Source of the DNA: Candidatus Sumerlaeaceae bacterium
GTDB lineage: Bacteria > Sumerlaeota > Sumerlaeia > Sumerlaeales > Sumerlaeaceae
NCBI GenBank assembly: GCA_026418615.1
Contig: JAOAAY010000004.1
Span: forward strand, 32,874-96,873
Length of the DNA: 64,000 nucleotides
Reading direction: 5' to 3'
In this document: one piece after another, positions 51,145-60,899 of the stretch
Layout: every line of letters begins with the position of its first letter
Numbering within the stretch: the first letter of the stretch is position 1
The notes under the pieces: generated by a model
Told to the model about the DNA's origin: nothing
The model's input: the letters and a program-made list of their open reading frames with translations, nothing else
The model's database searches: none
Translations under genes and position numbers: made by a program

Positions 51145-51332
51145 CTTGTGTATGGAGAGTTAGGCAAAACTTCGCGGAGAAGCCGCCGCACTACTACAGC
51201 GCGCCATGCGATAGCCTTCGGTGACAGGCGCGTGAGGCCCCCGAGACAGACTGCAAACAGGTCCGCACGGTGACCATCAACCGCCGTTTATCACACCCCT
51301 TGAATTCTCCGCGGAGCGGCCATTAGAAGAAC

Positions 51333-52568
51333 ATGGCAACTCTCGTATGCCCATGGTGCGGTCAGACGAAAGTTTCCGGCAAGCCTGTTCCAGTGGGGTG
51401 TAAGCGGATGAAGCGGGCCATTTTTCTTCTTGTCGTGCTTGCCGTCGTGGCGGTGATCCTCGCCGGCGGTTCGGCCTTCATGATGCAATACCGCAAAATT
51501 GAAGACATGAAGCGCCTCGCCGCGCAGGCTGAAGAAAAACTCCAACTGAAAGCCTACGACGACGCCATCCAGTTGTTGCGCCGGGTGGACGCCGAGGGCG
51601 GCATCCCCCGAGCCACCTACCTGCTCGGAAAAACCTACTACACCTTGGGCCGCGTGGACGAGGCCATGGCCTGTTTCAAACGCATCGAGACGCGCCACCC
51701 CAACAGCGGGTACCTGCCCGACACGCTCGTGTACATGGGCCGCCACGCCTTTGAAGTGCGCGCCCGACCGTCCGAGGCTCAGGAGATTTTCCTGCGCATT
51801 CTGAAAGAATTCCCCGAGACCGAGGCGGCCGACTTCGCCCTCTACCACCTCGCCCGCATCAGTTACGAGGCCGGCGACCTCGAGCAGGCGCGACGCAACC
51901 TGACGGAACTCATGAAGCGCCCCGAGTCCGCCGCACGCGACGACGCCGAGTTCATTCTCGGCGAAATCAACATGCGCGAATTGCGCTCCCCCGAGCAAAC
52001 CGCCAACGCCGAAATGTACACCATCAAGCGCGGCGACTCGATCTGGAAACTCGAGCGCCAATTCAAGGTCCCCGGCGATCTCATCGTGGGCATCAACCGC
52101 CTGAATCCGAACGCCCTCACCGTCGGCCAGCAGATCAAAATCCCCCGCCTCGATATCTCCCTCGTGGTGGACAAGAGCCGCCGCACGCTCACCGTGCGCA
52201 ACCAGAACGCCTTTCTGAAGAAGTACCGCATCGGCGTCAACCGCGACGAAAACATGGTCCGCACCGGCGACTTGCGCGTGGCCGCCAAGTTTCCCAAAGG
52301 CATTGATTACTTTGACCCGGACACGAACACCAACTACAAGGCCGGCGACCCCAACCATCCGCTGGGCCTGCAGTACATCCAGTTGCGCCGCGACCTCGGC
52401 ATCCACGGAACCAACGACCCGGCCGTCATCGGAACCTACATGAGCCGGGGAACTATCGCGCTGGAGAATCAGGACATCGAGGAGTTGTACGGACTTGTTT
52501 CGGTAGGCACACCGGTCACCATCCGGGGAAAAGTCGTTTTGGAGGCTTCCGCTGGCATCAAACCGTAA
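51333..52568 (+). CDS. LysM domain-containing L,D-transpeptidase (YkuD) family protein, secreted; active-site Cys replaced by Thr
   Basis: Lys[44 protein letters not shown]. YkuD domain with [22 protein letters not shown], whereas the canonical sequence is S-x-G-C-[IV]-R. TPR-like helical N-region. A probable start lies at Met 51408 ([16 protein letters not shown]). Confidence 0.75.
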   Translation: MATLVCPWCGQTKVSGKPVPVGCKRMKRAIFLLVVLAVVAVILAGGSAFMMQYRKIEDMKRLAAQAEEKLQLKAYDDAIQLLRRVDAEGGIPRATYLLGKTYYTLGRVDEAMACFKRIETRHPNSGYLPDTLVYMGRHAFEVRARPSEAQEIFLRILKEFPETEAADFALYHLARISYEAGDLEQARRNLTELMKRPESAARDDAEFILGEINMRELRSPEQTANAEMYTIKRGDSIWKLERQFKVPGDLIVGINRLNPNALTVGQQIKIPRLDISLVVDKSRRTLTVRNQNAFLKKYRIGVNRDENMVRTGDLRVAAKFPKGIDYFDPDTNTNYKAGDPNHPLGLQYIQLRRDLGIHGTNDPAVIGTYMSRGTIALENQDIEELYGLVSVGTPVTIRGKVVLEASAGIKP

Positions 52569-52605
52569 ACGCAACGCGACATCCGTCGCCGTATCCGAGC
52601 CGCCC

Positions 52606-53472
52606 CTGCTCAAACTGGGGCTGCCCAAGGGCAGCCTGCAGGACTCGACCATCGAATTGTTCCGACGCGCAGGGTTCAAATTCACCGTCGGAACCCGATC
52701 CTACAGCGTCGCCTGCGACGACCCCGAGATCAACGCCACCCTGATCCGCGCTCAGGAAATGTCGCGCTATGTCGAGGACGGCGTCTTCGACCTCGGCCTC
52801 ACAGGTCTCGATTGGATCGTCGAGAACCGCTCGAAGGTCGCCGAAGTGGCCGACCTCATCTACGCCAAACAGAGTATGCAACCCGTCCGCTGGGTGCTGG
52901 CCGTGCCCGAGTCCAGCCCCTTTCGCAGCGTCAAAGACCTGCGCGGCAAACGCATCGCCACCGAGGTCGTCAATATCACCACCGACTACCTCAAGCGCCA
53001 CCGCGTCAACGCCCATGTGGAGTTCTCTTGGGGCGCCACCGAGGCCAAGGCCCCCGACCTCGTGGACGCCATCGTCGAGGTCACCGAGACCGGCAGCAGT
53101 CTGCGCGCTAACAAGTACCGCATCCTCGACACCGTGCTTGAGAGTTGGACGAAACTCATCGCCAACCCCCGTTCGCTGCGCGACCCGTGGAAGCGCAAGA
53201 AAATCGAAAATATCGCCATGCTCCTCAAAGCCGCCATCGAGGCCGGCGGAAAAGTGGGCCTGAAAATGAACATCGCCCGGGACAAACTGCCCGGCCTGCT
53301 GCGCATGCTCCCAGCCCTCACCTCGCCCACCGTCTCGAGCCTCTCCGACGAGCGCTTCGTCGCCATCGAAACCGTCATTGACGAAACCCTCGTCAAACAA
53401 CTCATCCCCGACTTCAAACGCGCCGGCGCTACAGGCATCATCGAGTACCCGCTGAACAAAATCATCTACTGA
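52606..53472 (+). CDS. hisG: ATP phosphoribosyltransferase, long form
   Basis: The conserved N-terminus [24 protein letters not shown] is encoded before the first ATG/GTG/TTG. The in-frame CTG at 52606 gives (M)[10 protein letters not shown]. The catalytic domain and C-terminal regulatory domain are present, 288 aa from the CTG. Confidence 0.8.
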   Translation: MLKLGLPKGSLQDSTIELFRRAGFKFTVGTRSYSVACDDPEINATLIRAQEMSRYVEDGVFDLGLTGLDWIVENRSKVAEVADLIYAKQSMQPVRWVLAVPESSPFRSVKDLRGKRIATEVVNITTDYLKRHRVNAHVEFSWGATEAKAPDLVDAIVEVTETGSSLRANKYRILDTVLESWTKLIANPRSLRDPWKRKKIENIAMLLKAAIEAGGKVGLKMNIARDKLPGLLRMLPALTSPTVSSLSDERFVAIETVIDETLVKQLIPDFKRAGATGIIEYPLNKIIY

Positions 53473-53538
53473 GCGGGATGACATACTCGAACTCCCGCCG
53501 CTCGAAGCGCAGATCGTCCAGCGGCCCGGTGCCGCCCG

Positions 53539-53964
53539 TCATGGCGCTTCGAGGCTTGCCTTGAGTTCCTGAACGATTGGCATGACCGCGTCCGGGGCAA
53601 GGGACTTGAAAGGCGCCTGTCCGGCGAACACTTCGGGAACTCCCGGCAATACCATGGCGCGTTCAACCAAGTGTCGCGTCGAGCCGGAGGATTCATCGTC
53701 ACCTCTGGCCATCGACAGCACAACAAGGCGGGCTGGACGAGCGACAGGGTCTCGTCCTGGCTCGCTATCAACCCACTCATATCGGGCCTCGCGGGGCACT
53801 ATGAAACCGTCCGCGGCCAGCGTACCGCTGGTAGTAATCGACAAGCGGACATTACCGGAAAGGCTGGTAAACTCCCCGCTGGACAAGATACGATTACTCT
53901 GAATTGTTAGGCTGAGGCTGCCCTTCAATGCCTTTGAGTACACACCGGCCTCGTCGGAATCCAC
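53539..53964 (-). CDS. hypothetical protein
   Basis: 141 aa ORF in a lower-GC islet, co-directional with the two upstream secreted-protein genes. No motif recognised. Confidence 0.3.
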   Translation of the reverse strand: MDSDEAGVYSKALKGSLSLTIQSNRILSSGEFTSLSGNVRLSITTSGTLAADGFIVPREARYEWVDSEPGRDPVARPARLVVLSMARGDDESSGSTRHLVERAMVLPGVPEVFAGQAPFKSLAPDAVMPIVQELKASLEAP

Positions 53965-54018
53965 GAACAGCGTGCCTCTATGATCACGCGAAACCCGTGT
54001 GTGCGATGTAAGGGATGC

Positions 54019-54594
54019 CTAGGCAAGGAAGCCGCCTAGAATCATATCACGGAAGCCGCTGAATTCCATGTGCGAGTCGCCGGGCGGATCGTTTGCAACA
54101 AACAGGGACTCTGTGTAGCCGCAAGGCTCTTCGGAGGCTGAAACGCAGTGCTTTCGTAGCAGCGTGACAGAACGACCGATACCTGCTACCCGCGAAGCGA
54201 ACCTTGCGACCGGTCTCGGATGATACGCATTGCCCTCCGGCACATTGCCGGGAAAGTAAGACGCGACGGCCGCCCGTCGCGACGGAGTGGTGTCGTAGTC
54301 ATAGGCCGCCGCGAGCCAATAGTCGTCGCCCTTCCATGTTAGGCGGACCCGCCGTGTTTGCATGCCTGTGACAGGGGGAGGGGTATCTACAGTCTCTAAG
54401 TCACGAAGCACGAACAGGGATTCGCACGCAGACGACCCGTCTGGGTGAATCCGATCCTCAATAGCCTGCATCACCTCGTTGAGTTCGCTGGGTGCGGCGG
54501 AAACCGGCATAACACCCGTGTACAGGAGAAACCACGACACGGCAGTCACAACATGTAAACGGGAGCGCATGTCATCTACTTTTCGCTTAAACAT
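54019..54594 (-). CDS. hypothetical secreted protein
   Basis: ORF with an internal Met start MFKRKVDDMRSRLHVVTAVSWFLLYTGVMPVSAAPSE (signal peptide). Downstream of the Cys-rich repeat protein gene. Confidence 0.4.
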   Translation of the reverse strand: MFKRKVDDMRSRLHVVTAVSWFLLYTGVMPVSAAPSELNEVMQAIEDRIHPDGSSACESLFVLRDLETVDTPPPVTGMQTRRVRLTWKGDDYWLAAAYDYDTTPSRRAAVASYFPGNVPEGNAYHPRPVARFASRVAGIGRSVTLLRKHCVSASEEPCGYTESLFVANDPPGDSHMEFSGFRDMILGGFLA

Positions 54595-54650
54595 GGAATT
54601 AGGCCTCCAAACTTGAAGTAGGGTCCACCAACCAGGTTGACGGACGGGCA

Positions 54651-55442
54651 TTAATGAATAAGACAGGTTCCATAGATCATCTGTGCAGTACACGGACCGG
54701 GCGATCCACCCGAACAGCCACTATAGTATGTATCAATCATGCTGTACGAGACCGTTGTCCCGCCGTTACCACTGCAGGCGCTATTGCGATAGACATATTG
54801 CACCGCCAGTTCCGCGTTTTCGTGTGCGGCCAATGTGCTTGCATACAGATCAACGGTGCCGTCCGGGTTGGTGGCACACGACGCCGAAAAGTACGAGGTG
54901 ACAGAACACTTGATTGTGTCGCATGGCGAGCCTTCGTTGATGTTTCCGCCAAGTTCCCCGTGATAGCACTCATGCACAGTGACCGATACGGAATGGCCGC
55001 TACTATAGCACCGGTAACACGACATGTCCGCGGGGTCCAATAGGCAACACTCGTTCTTTGGAATGATCGTATCAATGCAGCACTTGTGAGTCTGCAGTGA
55101 GAACAACAGACCTGCACAGCAGTCTTGTGTTGCCAAATTGTATACGGTGCCACCGCAGCATCCCTGTGTGGCTTTGTTGAAAACCACTCCAAGGCAGCAT
55201 CCTTGTGTGCTTGGATCGAATGGGACTCCGTTGCAGCAACTGCCAATGCAAGGGGTCGGAGTAACGGGAGGATCAGCGCCGATTCCCATCCGGGGTGCGG
55301 GTATGGCTTCCGCCGCGCAGGAGCGCCCGCCGCCATGCTGCTTTGAACTCACGGGAAACGACAGGGCCAACAGCAGTGCGAGAGTCAGTGCCAGAAGCAC
55401 GAGGTTCTGTGCGGATGAAGATGCGTGTTTCATTGCGTGCAC
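54651..55442 (-). CDS. secreted cysteine-rich protein with tandem 13-aa CC-x-G-x-x-F-x-x-x-T-Q-G repeats
   Basis: Signal peptide MKHASSSAQNLVLLALTLALLLALSFPVSS. Repeats CCNGVPFDPSTQG / CCLGVVFNKATQG / CCGGTVYNLATQD / CCAGLLFSLQTHK / CCIDTIIPKNE are also visible as DNA-level repeats near 55030-55250. 27 Cys in total. Confidence 0.55.
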   Translation of the reverse strand: MHAMKHASSSAQNLVLLALTLALLLALSFPVSSKQHGGGRSCAAEAIPAPRMGIGADPPVTPTPCIGSCCNGVPFDPSTQGCCLGVVFNKATQGCCGGTVYNLATQDCCAGLLFSLQTHKCCIDTIIPKNECCLLDPADMSCYRCYSSGHSVSVTVHECYHGELGGNINEGSPCDTIKCSVTSYFSASCATNPDGTVDLYASTLAAHENAELAVQYVYRNSACSGNGGTTVSYSMIDTYYSGCSGGSPGPCTAQMIYGTCLIH

Positions 55443-55915
55443 TCCTCCCGCGGTGACCGATTGACTGGCGGTGCCGGTGGCACATAGCGGTGCAGGCTTG
55501 GGTGGTCACGAAAGATCTCACGCATCTCCGCATGCAGCGCAGATGTGAAATCCCTGCCAAGATCGAAATGGTAGGCCACGCTGTTCTTCCATCCGTAGGC
55601 CTTCCACAGGGCATCCCGGTCCGGGTCGCCCTGGATGGGCCTGCCGACCTTGCGCGCGACGAAGACGGCCGCCTTAGGGCCGTGCGAAGGACACAATCAC
55701 GGGGGGGAGACAAACCATTTAAGATCTCCCATGCGGTGCTGCTTCTGCAGGGCGCAAATACCACACAACCGGAAACAAACCCGTCCACAACCGGCCGGTG
55801 CTGTCACGACATAACGACAATCGCAAATCACTCTGCGCTAACAGGCCGTCGGCACGCTGGAATGGCTGGTCGCTTGGGCAGATCCAGTGCCTACCAGATG
55901 TAACATATGGATCGC

Positions 55916-56686
55916 TTATTGAGGTTTGAGGCCAATAAACAGGTAATAGGGCACGCGGGCAAGAGGGAGGTAGGGCACAGCGGCGCGGTTTTCAAGGAGG
56001 CTCACCGGCTCAAAGCGTCGCAGCAGATAAGGCAGGTGGTCGGGCGACGGGAACACATTGTCGCCGCCAAACCACGCAGGCCAGAAGTGGCGCGTGAGCC
56101 AGCCGTGACGGGCCATGCCGGGAGCGGCTGGATGCTTGCGCGAGACATAAAAGTCTACCACGCCGATGTGTCCGCCCGGTCGCAGCACGCGCCACGCATG
56201 ATCAACCGCGGCGAACCAGTCCGGAATCATCGTGAGCGAGTAACTAAAGGTGACGACATCCGCCGCCCCTTCGGCAGGAACAAACTCGGTGGCGTCGGCC
56301 TCCACGGCTTCCACATGGGTCCAGCCGCGCTGCGCGATGCGTCGGCGCGCAATGGCTAGCAGCGACGGGGCGAGATCCACGATGTAGAATTTCCTCAGTG
56401 CGCCGATGCGCTCGCCGAGTCGCTCCGCATTGGCCCCCGTGCCGCCGCCGAGATCCAGCCACACCCCACCCGCGGGCACCGGTAGAGCCGCCCACAGTTC
56501 GTCACGCCCGCGCAACAGGCGCTCGCGAAATGTGTCGTAACCCTCGGCCTGTCCGCGGTAAAAGTTGTCCAGTCTTTCCGCGTGGGTTGCCCCCCGGATG
56601 GGATGCAAGGCGAGGTGATAAAGAATGCGGAGGTCTGAAATTAGTCCCACGGGTCGGAACCTCCCTCCGCCCCGGCATGGAGCCAA
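55916..56686 (-). CDS. class I SAM-dependent methyltransferase (BtaB-like candidate)
   Basis: Motif I VWLDLGGGTGANAERL and motif post-II PGGHIGVVDFYVS. It lies 242 bp downstream of the DUF3419-like gene on the same strand. Confidence 0.65.
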   Translation of the reverse strand: MAPCRGGGRFRPVGLISDLRILYHLALHPIRGATHAERLDNFYRGQAEGYDTFRERLLRGRDELWAALPVPAGGVWLDLGGGTGANAERLGERIGALRKFYIVDLAPSLLAIARRRIAQRGWTHVEAVEADATEFVPAEGAADVVTFSYSLTMIPDWFAAVDHAWRVLRPGGHIGVVDFYVSRKHPAAPGMARHGWLTRHFWPAWFGGDNVFPSPDHLPYLLRRFEPVSLLENRAAVPYLPLARVPYYLFIGLKPQ

Positions 56687-56928
56687 GGGCCAAGGCCCGA
56701 CCGGACGCTCAAAGGCGGCGACACCGCGAAACGGTCAGCAACACATGGACACATGACAGCCCGTTTCCCGCCCGCCGGTATGCGCTGATCATGGGCTGTC
56801 ATCCGGTTTTCCTTGCCCCAGCCATCCGACACGGTCTTGGTGCCTTCTTGTCTTCGCCTGAGGATGTGACCCGGCCTCGTTAGGAGCCTGTCCGGGCCTC
56901 TGCTGAGGGACCGTGCCATCGGAACGGA

Positions 56929-58125
56929 TCACGCCGTCGCGAGGTCGGCGATATAGAAACTGCCGTAGGTGTGGACCCGGTCGCGGGCGTGGAGGTTGGC
57001 AGCAAGGTCGTGATGATAGGTGAGCAGTTCGCCAACCTGAGCCTCGCCGCGCGCCGTGCGAACGCGCAGCGGATCCACAAAGTCCACGCGCAAGGCCCCG
57101 CTGCGCCAGATGACGCGCGCGCCCGGAGCAGCGCGCCGGACGATGGCCTGCCATTCGCCCTGCAACAGATGTCGGCCGCGCGTGCTAAGCCAGTCCATGT
57201 GGTCCAGCAGCACGAACCGCGAGACCTGGATCTCGTTCTGCTCGAGGAAGCCCTGCACGGTATTGGTGTGGACGCTTATGCGCCCGCCGAGGCCGGCCTT
57301 CAGTCGGGCAAAGCCCTCGGCCGTCAGGTACTCCGGGCAGCAGTCGCGCGTGTAGTGACCGGTCAGGTACACGCGCCAGAAATAATTATCTTGGAACGGC
57401 AGCCGCGCAAAGACGGCCTCGACGCATTCCTCGATGAAATGCACGATGCCGCCGTAGTGGCGTTCAACCTGCTGGATCTGGGGACGGGGGACACCGACGA
57501 GCGAAAGCGTGGTGCCGCGGCCCATAAGCCAGCGCATGAAGCGCGTCCAGAACGCATCGCGCAGGACGGTGTCGTAAATCTCGCGCTGCTCGTCCACGGT
57601 TTGGGCGGCCATGAGTGCGTCAATGCCCGGCCGGATGCGCGCCACTCGGTCTATGTAAAAGTTCATCAGCCGCGCGAACAGCCCCGTCGTACCGTGGAAA
57701 TAAAAACCCTTTCCGCGGCTGTCGACCCCAAAGTACCGGATCTTGCGGTCCCAATACTCGCGCGCTGCGGGGGGCAGGTCGGCGCGAATCCGCGACCGGT
57801 ACAGGGCGCGCCCCTCGTCGAGGCGCCCTTCGCCGAACATCCGGAAAAACTCGTCGTAGTCGAGTGTTCGGATGGCCGCCAGTTTCAGTTCGAGCAGCGC
57901 GTTCTGGCGCGGGTTCATGTCCACGGCAAACACATGGCTCGGGCCGCACAACGCGTAGTCGAGGGCGTTGCAGCCAGCCGAGGTGATGACAAGCACCGTG
58001 TCCTCGGGGCCGAGATCCAGCGCCACGCGGTCGAGCCGCGGATCTTCCCAGCAAGTGTTGTAAACCAAATTATTACCGTGGACAAGCCGGAATCCCTGTC
58101 CGCCGAGCCAGTCTAAAAACGACAT
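56929..58125 (-). CDS. DUF3419-like protein (candidate BtaA, S-adenosylmethionine:diacylglycerol 3-amino-3-carboxypropyltransferase)
   Basis: 399 aa from the Met at 58125 (a GGAG RBS lies upstream). N-terminal region [40 protein letters not shown] and C-terminal LLDHMDWL resemble the BtaA/DUF3419 family as I recall it. The assignment is an inference. Confidence 0.5.
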   Translation of the reverse strand: MSFLDWLGGQGFRLVHGNNLVYNTCWEDPRLDRVALDLGPEDTVLVITSAGCNALDYALCGPSHVFAVDMNPRQNALLELKLAAIRTLDYDEFFRMFGEGRLDEGRALYRSRIRADLPPAAREYWDRKIRYFGVDSRGKGFYFHGTTGLFARLMNFYIDRVARIRPGIDALMAAQTVDEQREIYDTVLRDAFWTRFMRWLMGRGTTLSLVGVPRPQIQQVERHYGGIVHFIEECVEAVFARLPFQDNYFWRVYLTGHYTRDCCPEYLTAEGFARLKAGLGGRISVHTNTVQGFLEQNEIQVSRFVLLDHMDWLSTRGRHLLQGEWQAIVRRAAPGARVIWRSGALRVDFVDPLRVRTARGEAQVGELLTYHHDLAANLHARDRVHTYGSFYIADLATA

Positions 58126-58415
58126 GCACTGCTCCGGGTGCGTGAACTGTGATGCTGGTACAGCCGGCGCCCCCCACCCATGAAGTGACGCGCTGGCGCC
58201 CATGTGGCACATCGCCCCCACCGGACGCAACGGGGAAGAACGGTTGACCCGCCCGCGCCGCGGCGGCAAGGGTGGCCGCGTGGTGACGCCAATTTCCCCA
58301 TGCGGACACAAAGACGCCAGACGCCACGGCGGAGCCGGAGTTCCATGCGCCGGCCCCCTTGTCCCGGCGTCTCTTGGCCTCGGCGGAAAGCAGCCCTGTC
58401 ACGGAGGCAGCGCCT

Positions 58416-59393
58416 ATGCTGCTTGAGCACCGCGTGGCCGTGGTCATCCCGTGCTACCGGGTGGAGCGCCATGTGGCGGCCGTCATTGCAGGGCTGCCGG
58501 ACTGGGTGGACACCGTCGTGGCAGTGGACGACGCCAGCCCCGACGGGACAGGGGCCGTTTTGGACGGCCTCGCGGGGCAACGCGTGAGCGTCATCCACCG
58601 CGCCCGCAATGGCGGCGTCGGCGCCGCCATGGCGGACGGCTTTCGCCGTGCGCTGGAACTGGGGGCGGATATCATCGTCAAAGTTGACGGTGACGGCCAG
58701 ATGGATACCTCGCGTCTGGCCGACCTCGTGGAGCCCATCGCCACCGACGCGGCGGACTATGCCAAGGCCAATCGCTTCCTCCACACACGCGAACTGGGCC
58801 AAATGCCACCCGCGCGGCTGATTGGCAACATCGCTCTCACCTTCCTCACCAAACTGGCCAGCGGCTACTGGCATGTGTTTGACCCGCAAAACGGCTATCT
58901 CGCCATTCATGCCCAATACCTGCGGTTGCTCGATCTCGACCGGCTGGCTACTCGCCGTTACTTCTTCGAGAACGAGATGCTCATCCAACTCAATGTTGAG
59001 CAGGCGCGCGTGCTGGATGTCCCGATGCCAGCCCAGTACGGATCCGAAGAGTCGAGCCTGCGCATCGGGCGTGTGCTCACCTATTTTCCGCCGAATTTGG
59101 TCCGCGGGTTTTTCTGGCGTTTATGGCAACGCCATGTCATGCGCGATTTTTCCGTGGTCGTCCCCCTCTATCTGATCGGCAGTATCCTGTTTGTTTTCGG
59201 CTTCGTGTTCGGGCTGTATGTGTGGGTGCGGGCGCTGCGGGAGGGGGTTCCGGCCACTACGGGCACGGTGATGCTGTCCGTTCTGCCGTTCGTCGTCGGC
59301 GTGCAAATGCTGCTGCAGGGCTTGTTGTTCGAAGTGCTCCAATCGCCGCGGGCCAGTCAGCCACCGCGCCGCAGCCCCAAGGCACGCCGCTAA
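58416..59393 (+). CDS. glycosyltransferase family 2, polyprenyl-phosphate sugar transferase type (ArnC/GtrB/DPM1-like)
   Basis: VAVVIPCYRVERHV...VVAVDDASPDGT (DxD region), DGDGQMD, and two C-terminal TM helices as in ArnC/GtrB. GGAGG RBS. Confidence 0.8.
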   Translation: MLLEHRVAVVIPCYRVERHVAAVIAGLPDWVDTVVAVDDASPDGTGAVLDGLAGQRVSVIHRARNGGVGAAMADGFRRALELGADIIVKVDGDGQMDTSRLADLVEPIATDAADYAKANRFLHTRELGQMPPARLIGNIALTFLTKLASGYWHVFDPQNGYLAIHAQYLRLLDLDRLATRRYFFENEMLIQLNVEQARVLDVPMPAQYGSEESSLRIGRVLTYFPPNLVRGFFWRLWQRHVMRDFSVVVPLYLIGSILFVFGFVFGLYVWVRALREGVPATTGTVMLSVLPFVVGVQMLLQGLLFEVLQSPRASQPPRRSPKARR

Positions 59394-59401
59394 CGAGGCG
59401 G

Positions 59402-59818
59402 CTATTTTCGCAGGACGAGGTACACTCCCACAGAAATCAGCACGACACCCACCCATTGCGCCAGCGTGACATTTTCCTTCAGCGCCACCCGCGCAATGAT
59501 CAGCCACGGCACATAAGTGATGGCCAGCATCGGCATGGCTTGGGACAGGTCGAGCCGCGACAGCACGGCGATCCAAAGCAAAAAACCGATTCCCACCAGC
59601 AGGCCGCCCGCAATGACCCGCAGGTTGGTATACGCATGCAGCATCCAATCAAAACCCGAATGGTTGGCCACTTGCACCTGGTTCAGACCTGCTTTAATCA
59701 GTGTTTGGCCAGTGAAACCCAGTGCGGCTGTGCAGCAAAAAATGAAAAGGGTCAGTATCATCCGGTGCTTCCAAAAGGGGATGTGCTGAATCTCGCTCGT
59801 CACGGCGTCACCCTGCAA
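59402..59818 (-). CDS. small four-TM DMT/SMR-like membrane protein (ArnE/ArnF-like flippase subunit candidate)
   Basis: About 120-138 aa, four predicted TM helices, sequence FTGQTLIKAGLNQ...VIAGGLLVGIGFLLWIAVLSRLDLSQAMPMLAITYV reminiscent of EamA-half/ArnE. Convergent with the ArnC-like GT2 gene. Confidence 0.5.
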   Translation of the reverse strand: MQGDAVTSEIQHIPFWKHRMILTLFIFCCTAALGFTGQTLIKAGLNQVQVANHSGFDWMLHAYTNLRVIAGGLLVGIGFLLWIAVLSRLDLSQAMPMLAITYVPWLIIARVALKENVTLAQWVGVVLISVGVYLVLRK

Positions 59819-60732
59819 AGCACCATCAGGGTGGGGCTGCGGCGAATGAGGCTCTCAAAAAGGGGAATCGGCGCGAGGGCAATCACCAACAAGAGGTACA
59901 GCGCACGGGCTGCAAGGCCCAAGGCTCCGGTCCAGCGGCGCATGTAAAAGGGTTGCATGCGCGGAAACAGCGAGTTCACGAGGATGGCCGGCCCGTGTTT
60001 GAGCGCCACATGATGAATGCGCAGCGGCTCGAACCCGCACCGGCGCAGCAGCCGGCACAGCGACGATGGCGTATAGTAAACAAGGTGACGCGGCGGAATA
60101 TACACGAACCATCGCGGACCAAACATCCGGCGCTGCAGACAGTGGATGCTCGGCAGCATCAAACACAACAGGCCGCCGGGTTTGAGCAGCCGCCGGATGC
60201 GCTCTAGCGCGTCCGCAGGGCGCGGCAGGTGCTCGATTACATGTGACATCAGGACGAGGTCGAACGCGCGGTCCGGAAAATCGTGCGAATAAACATCGCC
60301 GATCCGGGCGTCCACACCGGGAACCCGCCTGCGGGTGGCCTCAACCCCCGCCTCCGACGACTCAAGGCCGGAACACTCGCACCCCCACTTGTGCAAAAAC
60401 CACAGCGCATCGCCGCCACCGCAGCCGATATCGAGCACGCGGGTTCCGGGGCGGATCCAGCGTTTCAGGCGGACGAGTTCCGACCAGTTAAGAAAATCCT
60501 TGTACGCGGCCTCGAAGCGCGCCGCGAGAGATACGCTGCCACCCCCTCCAGAACCCCAGTAAACTTCGAAAAACGGGTCAACATCGTCCGGCCCGGGCAT
60601 CGGATCCACAAACTGCCCTCCGCACGAGTCGCAGCCCATGATGGTGAAGGTGCCCGAGACCAGCCCCACCGGGTCGGTCATGGTGAAAACAGGGCGCGAG
60701 ACAGTCTCGGTGCAAATGGGGCACGCAATCAC
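59800..60732 (-). CDS. class I SAM-dependent methyltransferase with N-terminal zinc-ribbon
   Basis: CPICTETV...CDSCGGQF Cys4, then VLDIGCGGGDALWFL (motif I) and DLVLMSHVIEHL. Confidence 0.7.
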   Translation of the reverse strand: MIACPICTETVSRPVFTMTDPVGLVSGTFTIMGCDSCGGQFVDPMPGPDDVDPFFEVYWGSGGGGSVSLAARFEAAYKDFLNWSELVRLKRWIRPGTRVLDIGCGGGDALWFLHKWGCECSGLESSEAGVEATRRRVPGVDARIGDVYSHDFPDRAFDLVLMSHVIEHLPRPADALERIRRLLKPGGLLCLMLPSIHCLQRRMFGPRWFVYIPPRHLVYYTPSSLCRLLRRCGFEPLRIHHVALKHGPAILVNSLFPRMQPFYMRRWTGALGLAARALYLLLVIALAPIPLFESLIRRSPTLMVLCRVTP

Positions 60733-60899
60733 AACCGGGGCAACCGTTCATAACAATCCATGATGGCGCGACCGTACGGACGCGCCCGCAGACCGTGCAA
60801 GGGGCAATTCTCATGCCCGAAAGCCACGGACCACGGCCGGCGCCGAGATTGCCCTTGCCACAGCGCAGAGCCCGACCCATTTGGTCGCCCGCCATCACC

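Noticed and set aside
55430-55696. 88-aa minus ORF (…REIFRDHPSLHRYVPPAPPV…) as a gene
   Set aside because: It is too short, lacks a start context, and the adjacent sequence has homopolymer G runs. It is more likely a gene fragment or remnant within the islet than a functional CDS, so I mention it only under the islet finding.
56971-58988. 381-aa plus and 291-aa minus ORFs around 57-59 kb
   Set aside because: They are antisense to the DUF3419-like and GT2 genes respectively. They have no motifs, while the sense-strand proteins do.
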